UHGV virus genome: UHGV-1484817
Origin: a virus
Length of the DNA stretch: 64,000 bases
Direction: 5' to 3' (one strand)
Made by a program: the position numbers and the translations under genes. A model generated the notes under the pieces. That model searched no databases and was not told the origin of the DNA. It worked only from the letters and a program-made list of their open reading frames with translations. Shown here piece after piece: positions 19,749-33,333 of this stretch; within the stretch, counting starts at the first letter, position 1, and every line of letters begins with the position of its first letter.

Positions 19749-20327
19749 TTAAGCAGCATGCAACCACTTATCGCCGTTCAATACATGCTCAATAGCCTCA
19801 CCCTTTTTAAGACTTATGTATTCCAGGATGGCGGTAATCGCTTGTTCTGCACCATACGCAAGAACAACGTAGTAGCCTTCCTCTCTAAGCCTGCGCATCC
19901 AGGCGATCTGCTCTTTCGTCGGGGCTTTACCATTTGGTTCTTTAAGCTCAATTCGCATGCCGTGATAAATACCGCATGCTTTATCGAGACTCATGTCCGG
20001 ATAACCTTTTTTCTGCCCTTCAGCCTTCATTTTCCCGGCGGTTGCTTTTGAACGCTTCCCTCCGTTAGGCGTTGCATGCAACAGCTCATAGATGTCAGGG
20101 TGCTTGCGTTCGAAGTAATCAAAAATGAAAACCTGCTCGAAGTGCTCGCAATTTCCGTCGCGCAGGTCTGGGTTCTTTGCCAGTGCTGCAAGTGCCTTCG
20201 CATGTGGAGAAACTTCTTTTACCGGCGCAAGCGATAAGAATGGATCCTTTTTGGTTTTTGGCCTGGACCGCCCCTTATTTCGACGCTCACTAAAAGCCTG
20301 AAACTCTTCCTCAGTAAAGCGCAACAT
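19749..20327 (-). CDS. VRR-NUC domain nuclease-like protein
   Basis: 192-aa ORF with GYPDMSL ... IELKEPNG motifs (PD-(D/E)xK core). Confidence 0.55.
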   Translation of the reverse strand: MLRFTEEEFQAFSERRNKGRSRPKTKKDPFLSLAPVKEVSPHAKALAALAKNPDLRDGNCEHFEQVFIFDYFERKHPDIYELLHATPNGGKRSKATAGKMKAEGQKKGYPDMSLDKACGIYHGMRIELKEPNGKAPTKEQIAWMRRLREEGYYVVLAYGAEQAITAILEYISLKKGEAIEHVLNGDKWLHAA

Positions 20328-20329
20328 AA

Positions 20330-20575
20330 TCAGTCAAATCCTGCCGGTCGCATGCCATATTTACGCTGTTTTGCGGCCTGCTCTTCCCTGTGCCATTGCG
20401 CACACTCAGCGTCACAATAGATGCCTGATTCGATCGGTTCATTGCAGTAACGACACTTCCCTGTAAATACCTGGCTCACGACCTGTGCCTGCTTTCTGAT
20501 GTTATCGATGGCCATGTCTTTGAGAGCTTCTAATTGATTCATGCTCAGCTCTGCATCATCAACACGTTCTGCCAA
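20330..20575 (-). CDS. TraR/DksA-family C4 zinc-finger protein
   Basis: 81-aa ORF with CRYCNEPIE ... YCDAEC. Confidence 0.6.
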   Translation of the reverse strand: MAERVDDAELSMNQLEALKDMAIDNIRKQAQVVSQVFTGKCRYCNEPIESGIYCDAECAQWHREEQAAKQRKYGMRPAGFD

Positions 20576-20631
20576 TTTTGTTTCCTCGTGAAGAACCTAC
20601 TTAAGGGCAGAATGATACATTTCACAATCTA

Positions 20632-20648
20632 AATTGCACTAATAATTT
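20632..20648. promoter_or_regulatory. C1-type operator-like site in a divergent promoter region
   Basis: ATTGCACTAATAATTTT, 14/17 match to consensus, in the AT-rich gap between minus- and plus-strand gene blocks. Confidence 0.35.
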
Positions 20649-20721
20649 TCTTTTATTGAGTTAAATATTCAACAAATGACTAGCGATAGAATCACCATCA
20701 TCTATTTCTGGCAGGCTGACT

Positions 20722-21099
20722 ATGGCTACATCAATCACTACAACCCAAAGCACCCGGCAATATCCTCTGTCGCGGTATGACGACCGCAACATAGCCGATC
20801 CAATACTCAGGGCAGAGCTGCGCAAAGAGGTGATGCTTATGTGTGAATCGAACGACAAGAATCTGACGATTTATTACGTTCTTCCCGATGAGCAATATCG
20901 CCCGGATTTGCTGGCTTACCGTATGTGGGGCATAGCAGAGCTACGCTGGGTTGTGACGCTCGCCGCCGGGCTTGAGGATGAGTCTCAGGGTATGACTGTT
21001 GGCAAAAAATTAAAACCCCCCCCTGCCACATGGATCCGCGAAATGATTCGCCATTTCCAATATGACGGCCAGGTGATAGGGACATTATCCATTGCGTAA
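20722..21099 (+). CDS. Hypothetical (probable morphogenetic) protein
   Basis: 125-aa ORF, first gene of a plus-strand block ending in a baseplate-spike gene and a terminator. Confidence 0.45.
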   Translation: MATSITTTQSTRQYPLSRYDDRNIADPILRAELRKEVMLMCESNDKNLTIYYVLPDEQYRPDLLAYRMWGIAELRWVVTLAAGLEDESQGMTVGKKLKPPPATWIREMIRHFQYDGQVIGTLSIA

Positions 21100-21108
21100 G
21101 GGAAATGA

Positions 21109-22326
21109 ATGCCAACTGAATATGCTCGCGACAACCTTGGTCGCTATCAGACTGATGGATTAAGTGCAAAAGACTTTAACAAGGTCTTCGATCTTATCCG
21201 TAAACAGCAGCGTCAGAATCGGCGAAACGCGCGACGTACACTCACCCCAAGGATTATGGGGATGCGTAACCGCGAACTTGAGGCATTCCTCAGCCTTGGG
21301 AAAAAGAAAGATGGCACCTACTTTACGCCCGAAGATATACGCAGTTTCAACACCTCAAGGCAGGCTCATAAAACCAAATTCAAGAGCACGGTACCCGGCA
21401 TTACCTATGCTCAGCTGGTGGCGCAGTCCACCAGCATTGATATAAAACGCGCTAACAACAAGGTTTCTGATGGCACAGGGATCAAAGCCGCGACATTTCT
21501 CGGGCTAAAACACAACCTTGCATTGATATCTGTTAATGCCTCGGATGAGTCGGTCCACCAGCATCACCGTGTCAGAATTCGATTTGAGGAATGGGATAAA
21601 GCCGTTGAGGATATTGCTGAAGACGGTGCGAAAAAAGCTCGAATCGCTGCCGATCTCTGCAAGGGCCGGGTATCTTTCGACTGTGATTGTGGACGCCATC
21701 AATACTGGTATCGTTATATGGCCACGGCTGGTAACTATGCTGTCGCGCCGCCAAAAGAGTATGCATTCCCCAAAATCCGCAACCCTGATCTGACTGGTGT
21801 GGCTTGCAAACATGTTTTGCACGCTATGACGCGTTTTCAGTCTCCCACATGGCACAAGGCCATCATTATTGCCCTGGAAAAAGCAGCTGAACAGGTGGCC
21901 TTCGGCGATGACAAGCGGAAGACAACAACCTATTTCAAAGGCGAACTGGCTAAATCGCTCGCGCGCAACCGGACAACAACGACGGATCAGGCTAAAGCGG
22001 CGCGTGAGTATGAGTTATATCTGAAATCTCAGGATGCATTAGGCAAAAAACTACGCGCCAAAGATAGCGCCACGGACAACGTTCGCCGGTTGTTAAAAAA
22101 AGCTCGCACCACGGCAAACAGGAAGAATGCCGAACTAAAAGCCTCGCGGGTGAGGGAGGCCCAGGCTCGCGCTGAAGCCGACGCTCTCAAAAAAGCCCTG
22201 CAAACGCAGGCGAACAACCTCATAAAGTTTTTCATGAGTCAGGGAATGGACAAGGCCGCTGCCACCGCGCAGGCGCGAAGCATTCTTGAGACACAAATTA
22301 ACGAAGCCCGTAAACGGAAAGGATAA
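21109..22326 (+). CDS. SWIM-zinc-finger-containing protein with basic Ala/Lys-rich C-terminus
   Basis: DCDCGRHQYW...CKHVLH (CxC...CxH) motif; 405 aa. Confidence 0.5.
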   Translation: MPTEYARDNLGRYQTDGLSAKDFNKVFDLIRKQQRQNRRNARRTLTPRIMGMRNRELEAFLSLGKKKDGTYFTPEDIRSFNTSRQAHKTKFKSTVPGITYAQLVAQSTSIDIKRANNKVSDGTGIKAATFLGLKHNLALISVNASDESVHQHHRVRIRFEEWDKAVEDIAEDGAKKARIAADLCKGRVSFDCDCGRHQYWYRYMATAGNYAVAPPKEYAFPKIRNPDLTGVACKHVLHAMTRFQSPTWHKAIIIALEKAAEQVAFGDDKRKTTTYFKGELAKSLARNRTTTTDQAKAAREYELYLKSQDALGKKLRAKDSATDNVRRLLKKARTTANRKNAELKASRVREAQARAEADALKKALQTQANNLIKFFMSQGMDKAAATAQARSILETQINEARKRKG

Positions 22327-25473
<3,147 letters not shown>

Positions 25474-25474
25474 G

Positions 25475-25500
25475 AAAAGCCCGGCGTTCGGGCTTTTCTG
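25475..25500 (+). terminator. Rho-independent terminator (bidirectional hairpin)
   Basis: AAAAGCCCGGCGTTCGGGCTTTTCTG between convergent genes. Confidence 0.65.
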
Positions 25501-25519
25501 TTATGACGGGTTCAATTTT

Positions 25520-26518
25520 TTATCCGTTACCGCGCGACGGTTTCTGCGTGACAAACGTCTCAAGCATCTTTTCCGCAATTGCCGACCAGGTGTGACACTG
25601 GACCTTTTCAGCATTTTTCACGCGATCAACGCGAGCAATAACCTCATCCCAATCAATCCGCGACTTGATAACCATATGGTTCACCAAAGCCAGGCGATCT
25701 GGCGGAAGGCAATCGGGAGGCGTTAATACCAACGCCCCGCACATTGCCGCCTCAAGTACAGTTAATCCAAGGCTTTCGGGATGCGTAACGATAAACACGT
25801 CACTCTTACGCAATTCAGCTGCAAATTCGGTTGCTGGCACCGGCGTCCGTCTGTATGGAGTTACCGAAATATTCCCCGGATCAATGGTAACCAATCCGTC
25901 ATCAGTCAACGTTCTGGCCTCATACGGAACGGTCAGACGCTGAAGGTTCATAAGGATACTTAAGGAGTGATCAAAACCACTAACATCAAATGCAGCGTGG
26001 TCTACAAAAATACGCAGAACATCGTCTGTTTTGGTTTCCAGATGGAACAGATCCTGATTCGCTGCCCATCCAACATGTTTGTTAAAACGATTATGACGCT
26101 CTAACCTGCCTGGATTATCCAGGTACCGCCAGGTATCATCGCGGACAGTAAAAGTAATATCGACTGGTGCCGAATCCAGCATAGAACCGTCGTATACCTG
26201 GGCTACCCATCCAGTGAATCGACGACGCAGTTGCACGCCTATTTCCCTGGGCACCGTAGTAAAATACCGCAATCCTGGCGCTAAAATGGCTTTCGCAGAA
26301 CACGAGGTCGCAGCGGTCAACACAGCTTCAACATAATCCTCCGGGCTTTCGACGCCGGGGGAATATGGACGATGGTATTGCAATGTTACCCCTGCCTCAC
26401 TAAAGGCGCAGGCCAGGTTGTAAGCCCACATTTCCGTATATGTTTTCACATCACTGATAGCTTCAAATTTTCGCCCAATGATCAGGATGTTCATCGGCTT
26501 TTCCTCATTCCATTGCAT
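25520..26518 (-). CDS. Glycosyltransferase family-1-like protein
   Basis: C-terminal ESLGLTVLEAAMCGALVLTP motif (GT-B E-x7-E); start ATG overlaps the ban stop by 1 nt (TAATG). Confidence 0.55.
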   Translation of the reverse strand: MQWNEEKPMNILIIGRKFEAISDVKTYTEMWAYNLACAFSEAGVTLQYHRPYSPGVESPEDYVEAVLTAATSCSAKAILAPGLRYFTTVPREIGVQLRRRFTGWVAQVYDGSMLDSAPVDITFTVRDDTWRYLDNPGRLERHNRFNKHVGWAANQDLFHLETKTDDVLRIFVDHAAFDVSGFDHSLSILMNLQRLTVPYEARTLTDDGLVTIDPGNISVTPYRRTPVPATEFAAELRKSDVFIVTHPESLGLTVLEAAMCGALVLTPPDCLPPDRLALVNHMVIKSRIDWDEVIARVDRVKNAEKVQCHTWSAIAEKMLETFVTQKPSRGNG

Positions 26519-27888
26519 TAATAATCCTCTTGCCAGTCAGCACCAGCATAGTTATCAAACCGTGAGTATTGGCCGTTAAAAGCCAATCTCACCGTGCCAA
26601 TTGGGCCATTTCGTTGCTTTCCGATAATTACCTCGGCAATGCCCTTCATTTCGCTATCCGGGTGATAAACTTCGTCGCGATACAGAAACATGATCAGGTC
26701 TGCGTCCTGCTCAATTGCTCCTGATTCACGTAAATCTGAATTTACCGGTCGTTTGTCCGCACGCTGTTCAAGCGATCGATTAAGTTGTGACAATGCCACC
26801 ACCGGTACTTGTAATTCCTTCGCCAAAGCCTTCAGTGAGCGAGAAATCTCGGCAATTTCCAGCGTTCGGTTATCTTGCAGCTCGGGGACGCGCATAAGTT
26901 GCAGGTAGTCGATCATAATCATGCTCAAACCACCATTTTCTTTATAAACACGACGAGCGCGGGAACGAAGCTCTGTAGGTGTCAGGGCGCTTGAGTCATC
27001 AATAAAAATATTCTGCTTGTCCAACAGAATCCCCATTGCGCCAGAAACCCGCGCCCAATCCTCGTCGTTAAGTTGCCCTGTTCGAATACGAGTCTGATCA
27101 ACGCGTGCAAGAGAAGCCAGTGAGCGCATCATCAGCTGGTGGCTCGGCATCTCAAGGCTAAAAACCAATACGGGCTTATCGTTACGGACTGCGGCATTTT
27201 CGACGAGATTCATCGCAAACGTAGTCTTCCCCATCGATGGGCGGGCGGCGACAATAATGAGATCGGACGCCTGAAGTCCTGCCGTCTTCTTATTGAGATC
27301 GGTAAATCCGGTATCAAGCCCCGTTACACCATCATGCGGTCGCTGAAACAACTCTTCTATGCGAGATACCGTTGCATCGAGAATGCTGGCGATATCTTTT
27401 GGACCACTACCGCTCTTTTGTCGTTTTTCAGCTATTTCAAAAACGCGGCGCTCGGCCATATCCAGCAATTCATTGCTGCCCCTGCCATCCTGCGCATATC
27501 CAGCTTCAGCTATTTCATTTGCGACGGAAATCATTTCACGAACAACCGCGCGTTCACGAACGATATCCGCATAAGCACAAATATTTGCCGCGCTGGGCGT
27601 GTTCTTTGACATCTCCGCAAGGTACGCAAAACCACCGGCGCGTTCTAATTTACCGTTCTGTTCAAGTGCTTCAGCAAGTGTTATCAAATCAATCGGTTTG
27701 CCATGACTTAATAACCTCTCCATCTCACTGAAAATTTCACGATGAGCACTGGTATAAAAATCATCAGCAACTATACGATCTGCAACTTCATCCCAGCGGC
27801 AGTTATCAAGCATTAAGCCACCAAGTACAGCTTGTTCTGCACTAAGGGAATTTGGCATGGATTCAAGAGGGGATGCAGACATTAGCAC
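26518..27888 (-). CDS. ban: DnaB-family replicative helicase (Ban)
   Basis: 456-aa ORF with Walker A ARPSMGKTTFAMN and DnaB C-terminal motifs. Confidence 0.9.
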   Translation of the reverse strand: MLMSASPLESMPNSLSAEQAVLGGLMLDNCRWDEVADRIVADDFYTSAHREIFSEMERLLSHGKPIDLITLAEALEQNGKLERAGGFAYLAEMSKNTPSAANICAYADIVRERAVVREMISVANEIAEAGYAQDGRGSNELLDMAERRVFEIAEKRQKSGSGPKDIASILDATVSRIEELFQRPHDGVTGLDTGFTDLNKKTAGLQASDLIIVAARPSMGKTTFAMNLVENAAVRNDKPVLVFSLEMPSHQLMMRSLASLARVDQTRIRTGQLNDEDWARVSGAMGILLDKQNIFIDDSSALTPTELRSRARRVYKENGGLSMIMIDYLQLMRVPELQDNRTLEIAEISRSLKALAKELQVPVVALSQLNRSLEQRADKRPVNSDLRESGAIEQDADLIMFLYRDEVYHPDSEMKGIAEVIIGKQRNGPIGTVRLAFNGQYSRFDNYAGADWQEDY

Positions 27889-28167
27889 TCCACCCAGGCG
27901 TGCTGAATGTCAGATATAATCGGCATACTCAAATCACTCCTAACGATATGAGTCATCACCAGAAAATCAGGATTAATGCGCCGGACTCTTCCCGGCTGTC
28001 ACACCGAATCGCCAGGATGGTGAGTCCCTGTATCCGCTATCCCTCCAACGGTGACTTGCACATTTCGGCTACCTGGTTTGTTGCCTGAGCTAGGGGAAAA
28101 GGTAACCCCTTTAACGTCACCAGACCGCTAACGACGCATGTGCCAGACGCCGTGTTACAACCAAATA

Positions 28168-28243
28168 TGGTGGCCCCTACCGGACTTGAACCGGTGACCG
28201 TGCGATTATGAGTCGCCAGCTCTAACCACTGAGCTAAAGGGCC
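28168..28243 (-). tRNA. tRNA-Ile (anticodon CAU, lysidine type)
   Basis: 76 nt with cloverleaf, anticodon loop CTCATAA, T-loop GGTTCAAGTCC, encoded CCA; close to E. coli ileX-type tRNA as I recall it. Confidence 0.8.
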
Positions 28244-28270
28244 GGATTACTGCCAATTTTGCTTACGCTT

Positions 28271-29098
28271 TTATTTCACCGGAACAAACGGAACAGCGGT
28301 ATTACTGGTCATATACTGCGGTAATGTACCGTTCCATTTGTTGATCGCTTCCAACTCCATAACACCGGGGTTCTGGCGCAGAGCTTCACCACGTAAACGA
28401 ATGGCATCAGCTTCGGCCTGGGCTTTTGTGCGAATAGCATCAGCCTGTCCGGCAGCTTCCGCGCGCAGCATGTTGGCCTCTGCTTCACGTTGTTTGACCT
28501 CTTGCTCGCGTTGCAGGGTTTTTTGGTTTGCCGTGACTTTGGCGTTAATACTGTCAATAACTGTTGGCGGGTATTCTGGCTTACCTACATAAGAGAGGCT
28601 CATCACCTGAATGCCGATTGGCGTCATTTCTTCCTGAATGTCTTTAAGGGCTGCATCAAGCAATTCGGATTTGCCACCGTCGATAAATTTGTCGGTTGTC
28701 ATTTTGCTGGCTAACCGGTTCAGAGCATCTGCAACCTTCTGGCGTAGATCGGTATCAGTAATATCATCTACACCTTTGCGATAGGTCTGAAATACCGTTG
28801 TGACTTTTGCTGGATCAACCTTGTAGGCTACGCCGATGTGGTAACCAATGGTTGTTCCGTCGCTCATCTGGAAGCTGAACGGCTCATCGTATGTCTTCAT
28901 TTGCTTAAAGGTCGGGAAGATATAAACTTCAGTATTCAAGCCTGTCCAGTAGCGACCAACGCCAACTACTTCACCGATACCTTTATCATCCCCCAGCTTA
29001 TTTACTTTGATCCCTACGTTACCTGGCTCTACCCGATCGCATCCGGTCAGACATAAAGAACCCAAAATAATCGCTGCACTAATCAACGTTTTTTTCAT
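28271..29098 (-). CDS. SPFH/band-7-like lipoprotein
   Basis: Signal peptide with lipobox LTGC; prohibitin-like core and Ala/Glu-rich coiled coil. Confidence 0.65.
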   Translation of the reverse strand: MKKTLISAAIILGSLCLTGCDRVEPGNVGIKVNKLGDDKGIGEVVGVGRYWTGLNTEVYIFPTFKQMKTYDEPFSFQMSDGTTIGYHIGVAYKVDPAKVTTVFQTYRKGVDDITDTDLRQKVADALNRLASKMTTDKFIDGGKSELLDAALKDIQEEMTPIGIQVMSLSYVGKPEYPPTVIDSINAKVTANQKTLQREQEVKQREAEANMLRAEAAGQADAIRTKAQAEADAIRLRGEALRQNPGVMELEAINKWNGTLPQYMTSNTAVPFVPVK

Positions 29099-29315
29099 TA
29101 ATTAATTTCCTGGTTTTTTCACGAAAAAAGACTACTGCGAAAGCTGGGTAAATGAGCGCGAGAAGGACTCCCAACAATACAAGTATTGTGCTGTTAGATG
29201 AGATCATATTTGGCAAAAGCCAAACATACAGAACCAGTGACACAATCAAACAGAGGACGGCATAAATATATAACCGCACCCATAGCGTTCGACATTTGTT
29301 CGGATTGTTCTGCAT
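29079..29315 (-). CDS. Small two-TM membrane protein
   Basis: 78-aa hydrophobic ORF directly upstream of the lipoprotein gene. Confidence 0.45.
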   Translation of the reverse strand: MQNNPNKCRTLWVRLYIYAVLCLIVSLVLYVWLLPNMISSNSTILVLLGVLLALIYPAFAVVFFREKTRKLINEKNVD

Positions 29316-29477
29316 CCTCTCACTCCATTATTTAACGAATAAAAAAGCTGCGGTGCCGGGTGCCTCCCAGTGTCCTTTGGCTGGTTATCCACCGTGGACG
29401 GGGAAACAAGGAGAAATGAATGGACTGATATAACCATTTCCCCGCGTGCGCTTAGCCGCATTCACCGCAACGGAAAG

Positions 29478-30240
29478 AGCATTCTTGGTGGACCTGTAGA
29501 TTGGGATATGAACCCGTTACAGGAGAATGCTCTTACCTGTTACGTGCTCCGTTTCGTGGAGCTAACGGCGGGTGATCAGACCGCACCAGACTGGACTTAT
29601 TTCAGCGTTATGCTCATGCCAGAGAATCAAACTGTGATGGTCGGTGCTGAACTCCGACACAGGGTTGTAGCAAGCCCCGCAAAGCGCGCACTACTGTAGT
29701 TGCGGCACATCAGCCTGTGCATTCACCACAATGTTGAGAACACTGGTTGTCACGCTGCAACGCAACATTTATTCGTAGATTGGGATATGACCCCGTTACG
29801 CCAGTGTTCTCAACGTTATAGTGCCGGTTACGGTTCCGGCCAGGCCTCTTCCTCAACGGGGTGTTCTCCATACGGACTACCGTTTATTGGTCGTTCCTGC
29901 GGTTTATGTTGTGAAGCCAGATGCTTATCTTCTGGTTGCTTCAAAGAGCTGCACTTCATCACAACGGTAAGAGCACTCGATGCATTTAAGCCAAGCCCCA
30001 TAAGGGAGAATGCCCTTACCTGTTGTGTTGTGATGACCGGTGCTGATCTCCGGCTTGCGGTTATTTCAGACTCTCACGGGCGTTTAATTGCCCCGCCGAA
30101 CAGCTCTTTTCCGCAATAGCTGCAATGTCTTTCGCGCATCAGCCTGCGCATTCATCACAACGGTAAGGGTACTTCGTAGGGATTCGAACCCTCTGCCAAG
30201 CACGGCGATCTCCGACGTCGCAAAATACCCTTACCTGTTG
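29478..30240. repeat. Mosaic of tRNA-like stem-loop repeats
   Basis: Recurrent segments CATTCAYCACAAYGG, GTAGATTGGGATATGAMCCCGTTAC and CCCTTACCTGTTGTG in several copies; the listed ORFs 29370-29699 and 29700-30119 lie in this region and are probably not coding. Confidence 0.5.
30162..30235 (-). ncRNA. tRNA-like element (non-canonical): 10-bp closing stem plus T-arm
   Basis: Minus-strand reading GGTAAGGGTA...AGGG-TTCGAAT-CCCT...TACCCTTACC, 74 nt; canonical T-loop but no convincing D or anticodon arm. Confidence 0.3.
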
Positions 30241-30242
30241 TG

Positions 30243-30318
30243 TTGGTGCCGGTTAACGGACTCGAACCGCTGACATCCTGCTTACAAGGCAGGCGCTCTA
30301 CCAACTGAGCTAAACCGG
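30243..30318 (-). tRNA. tRNA-Thr (anticodon UGU)
   Basis: GCCGGTTTAGCTCAGTTGGTAGAGC...CTTGTAA...GGTTCGAGTCC...CACCA cloverleaf. Confidence 0.85.
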
Positions 30319-30320
30319 CA

Positions 30321-30395
30321 TTGGCGATGGTGGATGGATTCGAACCACCGACCAGTTGGTTAACAGCCAACTGCTCTACCGCTGAGCTACACCAT
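30321..30395 (-). tRNA. tRNA-Asn (anticodon GUU)
   Basis: GATGGTG/CACCATC acceptor stem, anticodon loop CTGTTAA, T-loop TTCGAAT, encoded CCA. Confidence 0.8.
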
Positions 30396-31050
30396 CACTT
30401 GCCGGGTACGTCTCCGGCGAGGGCTTCCACCTCCGTATGCTTTTCGGCGCACCGCGCCCTGGCTGCAATTCGGTAACAGGGGATGCACAACCCTGGCTTC
30501 CAGCGTGATTAGCGCCTTCAGCATGACGGGATATACCCGTAAATTCGTGGAACTGTACCCAAAGTGCTGTTAAGCACCGCTGTTACGCTGAAAAGAAAAC
30601 GCAACAGGAAAGGACGCTGACCAACAGATGGCCCCTTCTCGTTCATCTGGTTAATCACACCAGCGCCCTTACCTGTTGTGCCTCCCCGTTCCCTAATACA
30701 CAGACGGGGACACTCTGCGGTCGATTTTTTGACGGGGGACGACTCATACCCCGTGGCATCTGGCTTCTTAGGCCGCTACCATCATCAGATCATCGTTTGC
30801 ATTTACTTTAATGGTCAGTTTCTAAACCGCCGCAAAGTCGCTAACCATGACGAAAACCCTGAAAAAAACGCCCACCCGAAGATGGGCAAACTGGAAGCTC
30901 GTAACGCACTTCGGCGTTGCCACTTAGGCGCATGGTCAACCTGGCAACTCGGTGGTTTGTCTGGGAGGGCTAGGCCCAGCCATGCTTACCGCCGCGCCTG
31001 TCGCGGCTAACAGCTAAATCGCTCTATAAATCACGATTCATTGAGGCGAT

Positions 31051-31078
31051 ATTACACTAATAAATTTATTAGAGCAAT
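31051..31078. promoter_or_regulatory. Overlapping bipartite C1 operator around a perfect palindrome
   Basis: ATTACACTAATAAATTTATTAGAGCAAT: 15/17 forward match overlapping a 17/17 reverse match, centred on CTAATAAATTTATTAG; overlaps the dmt stop codon and precedes the tRNA leader. Confidence 0.65.
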
Positions 31079-33333
31079 ATACCTAAAACGTCATGAGCTA
31101 CACCTCGAGTGTCCCCCTTACAAGACACAGAACGTCTGGCAAAAAGAGGTTCCACTCTGAAGCCACTGTCATGATAAAGCTCTCTGATATTTGGCGCGCC
31201 ACTGTTAGTAATGAGAACCTTTGCACCTCGACGATGAGCATCCGTCAACAGAGACACCAGGCGTTTTTGCTCTTCAAACTTAAAGTCATGACCGGAATAG
31301 TTCGTGAATCCCTCTGTATTTGGAAGCGGTTCATACGGCGGATCGCAAAAGATGACATCTCCTTCTCCGGCAGCTTCAATCACCGCTGCAAAATCACCGC
31401 ATACAAACTCAGACCGCCCTTCCGCACCGAGGAAGGCTTCCATCTCCTGTAATGGGAAATACGGAGTTTTATACTTCCCATAACCGACATTGAACTCACC
31501 GGCCTGGTTGTAACGCGTCAATCCGTTAAAACAATGTCGGTTCAGGAACAAAAACGCCGCTGCGCGATGTAAATCATCATAGACTTGTTTGTTAAACGCA
31601 TTCCGTACTGCCAGGTATCCTTCCTGTGTGTTATAGTCCTGGAAGAAACGATGTGCCAGAGTGATAAGTGAATGCGCCTCGCGTTGCAGAGTCTTGTAAA
31701 AGTTAATCAGGTCAGCATTCACATCATTTAGCAGATTTTCCTGGTATCCGGCATTCATGAAGACAGCTCCGCCACCAACGAAAGGTTCAATCAGGCGCTT
31801 CCCTTCTGGCAAATAGCGAAAGATTTGTTCCAGAACACCAAATTTTCCACCAGCCCATTTGAATATGGACCGTTCGAATTCTGCCGCTGGTTTAACTTTT
31901 CGCTCTTTTGTTTCACTTCCTTCTTTCTGCCGACATACGGCCTTAGTAATCCGATCGCCAATCCAGCGCATTACTGGTATTGCCATACTATTGCCGATCG
32001 CTTTGTAACGCGGTCCGTCAGCTGCAAGCATCGCGGCCTCTTCTTCGCTTAAATCTGGATAGTGATTGCGAAGATATGCCAGTTCATCTGAATTAACTTT
32101 TTTACGCTTTTCCGTCGGGATCAACGTATGCCCATCAGGAAAACCTTGCAGCCTTTCACATTCGACAGGGGTAAGACGGCGGACAGCTACTTCTGCGTTT
32201 CTTACTTCATAGCAAACAGCTGTTGGATTTTTAGCCATTAGAGATGGTGAAGTATTCTTAGTTGCAGCATGTTGTGTACCGCTCATACGCTCAGGAAAAG
32301 CCAATGTAACAAGATGCTCATGGCTTTCTTGCTCACGTGCCCGCAATGTACCATGCCCTTCTGACCAAAAACCTGCTCCTGTGCTGCTAAAAACGGCAAG
32401 GTCAGTGGCATCTTTAAAATCTCTTGCCTTTACTGTCGATGCGGTTTCATCGTCAATATATTCCCCAAATGCTGCCATCCTGAAAGCGTTTACGGCTTTC
32501 GTCGATTTCATACCGGGTGGAATGTCAGCGTGTAGGCATGGATTTAGGCTTTCGCCACTGATTGCAGCGCCATTTGCAATAATGGCGGAAGCGATTTCCT
32601 TCTTTTTTCGGCTCGGCGCAATATCCCGGCGCACGCCTTCGAACTCAAAAAGTACCGTTGCGGGATCGAGGTCTGTTCGAGCACTTGCGACAACAAACAC
32701 GCGTCGGCGTCGTTGTGCCACTCCGAAGTATTGGGCATCAAGGATTCTCCAGGCCACTTTTCGCTGCGGTCCATAAATACAACCACACTGCGGCCACTTT
32801 GGAGCATGGCAACCGGTTTTGCCATCCCACCGCCAGAACGCGTTACTTTTTCCTGATTCAGGTCGATCACCTGGTTCAAATGGCGCATCTTCTCCAGCCA
32901 ATCCGGCAAGGAAACATCCGAAGGCGTTATCTGCCGATGACAGGACTCCTGGGACATTTTCCCAGACGATAACTGTCGGTTTGAGGAAGGACTCAGACCG
33001 TTTGTCGTCAATTGCATTTGCAAGCTCCACATACTTCAAAGTTAGCGCGCCGCGTTCATCATCAAGCCCACCACGTAAGCCCGCGATACTGAATGCCTGA
33101 CAAGGCGTACCCCCGACGAGCACATCAGGGGATTCGATTTCCCCAGCCAGGACTTTTTTGGCAAGTTTTGTCATGTCGCCAAGGTTGGCGACATGGGGCC
33201 AGCGGTGCGCAAGAACGGCAGATGGAAAAGGCTCGATTTCAGCAAACCACGCCGGACGCATACCCAACGGTTCCCAGGCAATACTCGCGGCTTCAATTCC
33301 ACTGCAAACAGATCCATAGCACAGCTCTTTCAC
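31069..33333 (-). CDS. dmt: Bifunctional DNA methyltransferase (C5-cytosine domain fused to N6-adenine domain)
   Basis: N-terminal [11 protein letters not shown] (PCQ) and ENVPG motifs; C-terminal DPPY motif; 754 aa. Confidence 0.85.
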   Translation of the reverse strand: MKELCYGSVCSGIEAASIAWEPLGMRPAWFAEIEPFPSAVLAHRWPHVANLGDMTKLAKKVLAGEIESPDVLVGGTPCQAFSIAGLRGGLDDERGALTLKYVELANAIDDKRSESFLKPTVIVWENVPGVLSSADNAFGCFLAGLAGEDAPFEPGDRPESGKSNAFWRWDGKTGCHAPKWPQCGCIYGPQRKVAWRILDAQYFGVAQRRRRVFVVASARTDLDPATVLFEFEGVRRDIAPSRKKKEIASAIIANGAAISGESLNPCLHADIPPGMKSTKAVNAFRMAAFGEYIDDETASTVKARDFKDATDLAVFSSTGAGFWSEGHGTLRAREQESHEHLVTLAFPERMSGTQHAATKNTSPSLMAKNPTAVCYEVRNAEVAVRRLTPVECERLQGFPDGHTLIPTEKRKKVNSDELAYLRNHYPDLSEEEAAMLAADGPRYKAIGNSMAIPVMRWIGDRITKAVCRQKEGSETKERKVKPAAEFERSIFKWAGGKFGVLEQIFRYLPEGKRLIEPFVGGGAVFMNAGYQENLLNDVNADLINFYKTLQREAHSLITLAHRFFQDYNTQEGYLAVRNAFNKQVYDDLHRAAAFLFLNRHCFNGLTRYNQAGEFNVGYGKYKTPYFPLQEMEAFLGAEGRSEFVCGDFAAVIEAAGEGDVIFCDPPYEPLPNTEGFTNYSGHDFKFEEQKRLVSLLTDAHRRGAKVLITNSGAPNIRELYHDSGFRVEPLFARRSVSCKGDTRGVAHDVLGILL

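Noticed and set aside
29370-30119. Two plus-strand ORFs (109 and 139 aa) in the region between the lipoprotein genes and tRNA-Thr
   Set aside because: They run through the tRNA-like repeat mosaic, their similarity comes from the nucleotide repeats, and they lack convincing RBSs; treated as non-coding.
30162-30235. Possible fourth tRNA gene
   Set aside because: Has a T-arm and tRNA length but no credible D-arm or anticodon arm and a 10-bp closing stem; reported only as a tRNA-like element.
30678-31010. 110-aa plus-strand ORF upstream of the tRNA genes
   Set aside because: Lies antisense in the untranslated leader of the minus-strand tRNA operon; no coding signal.
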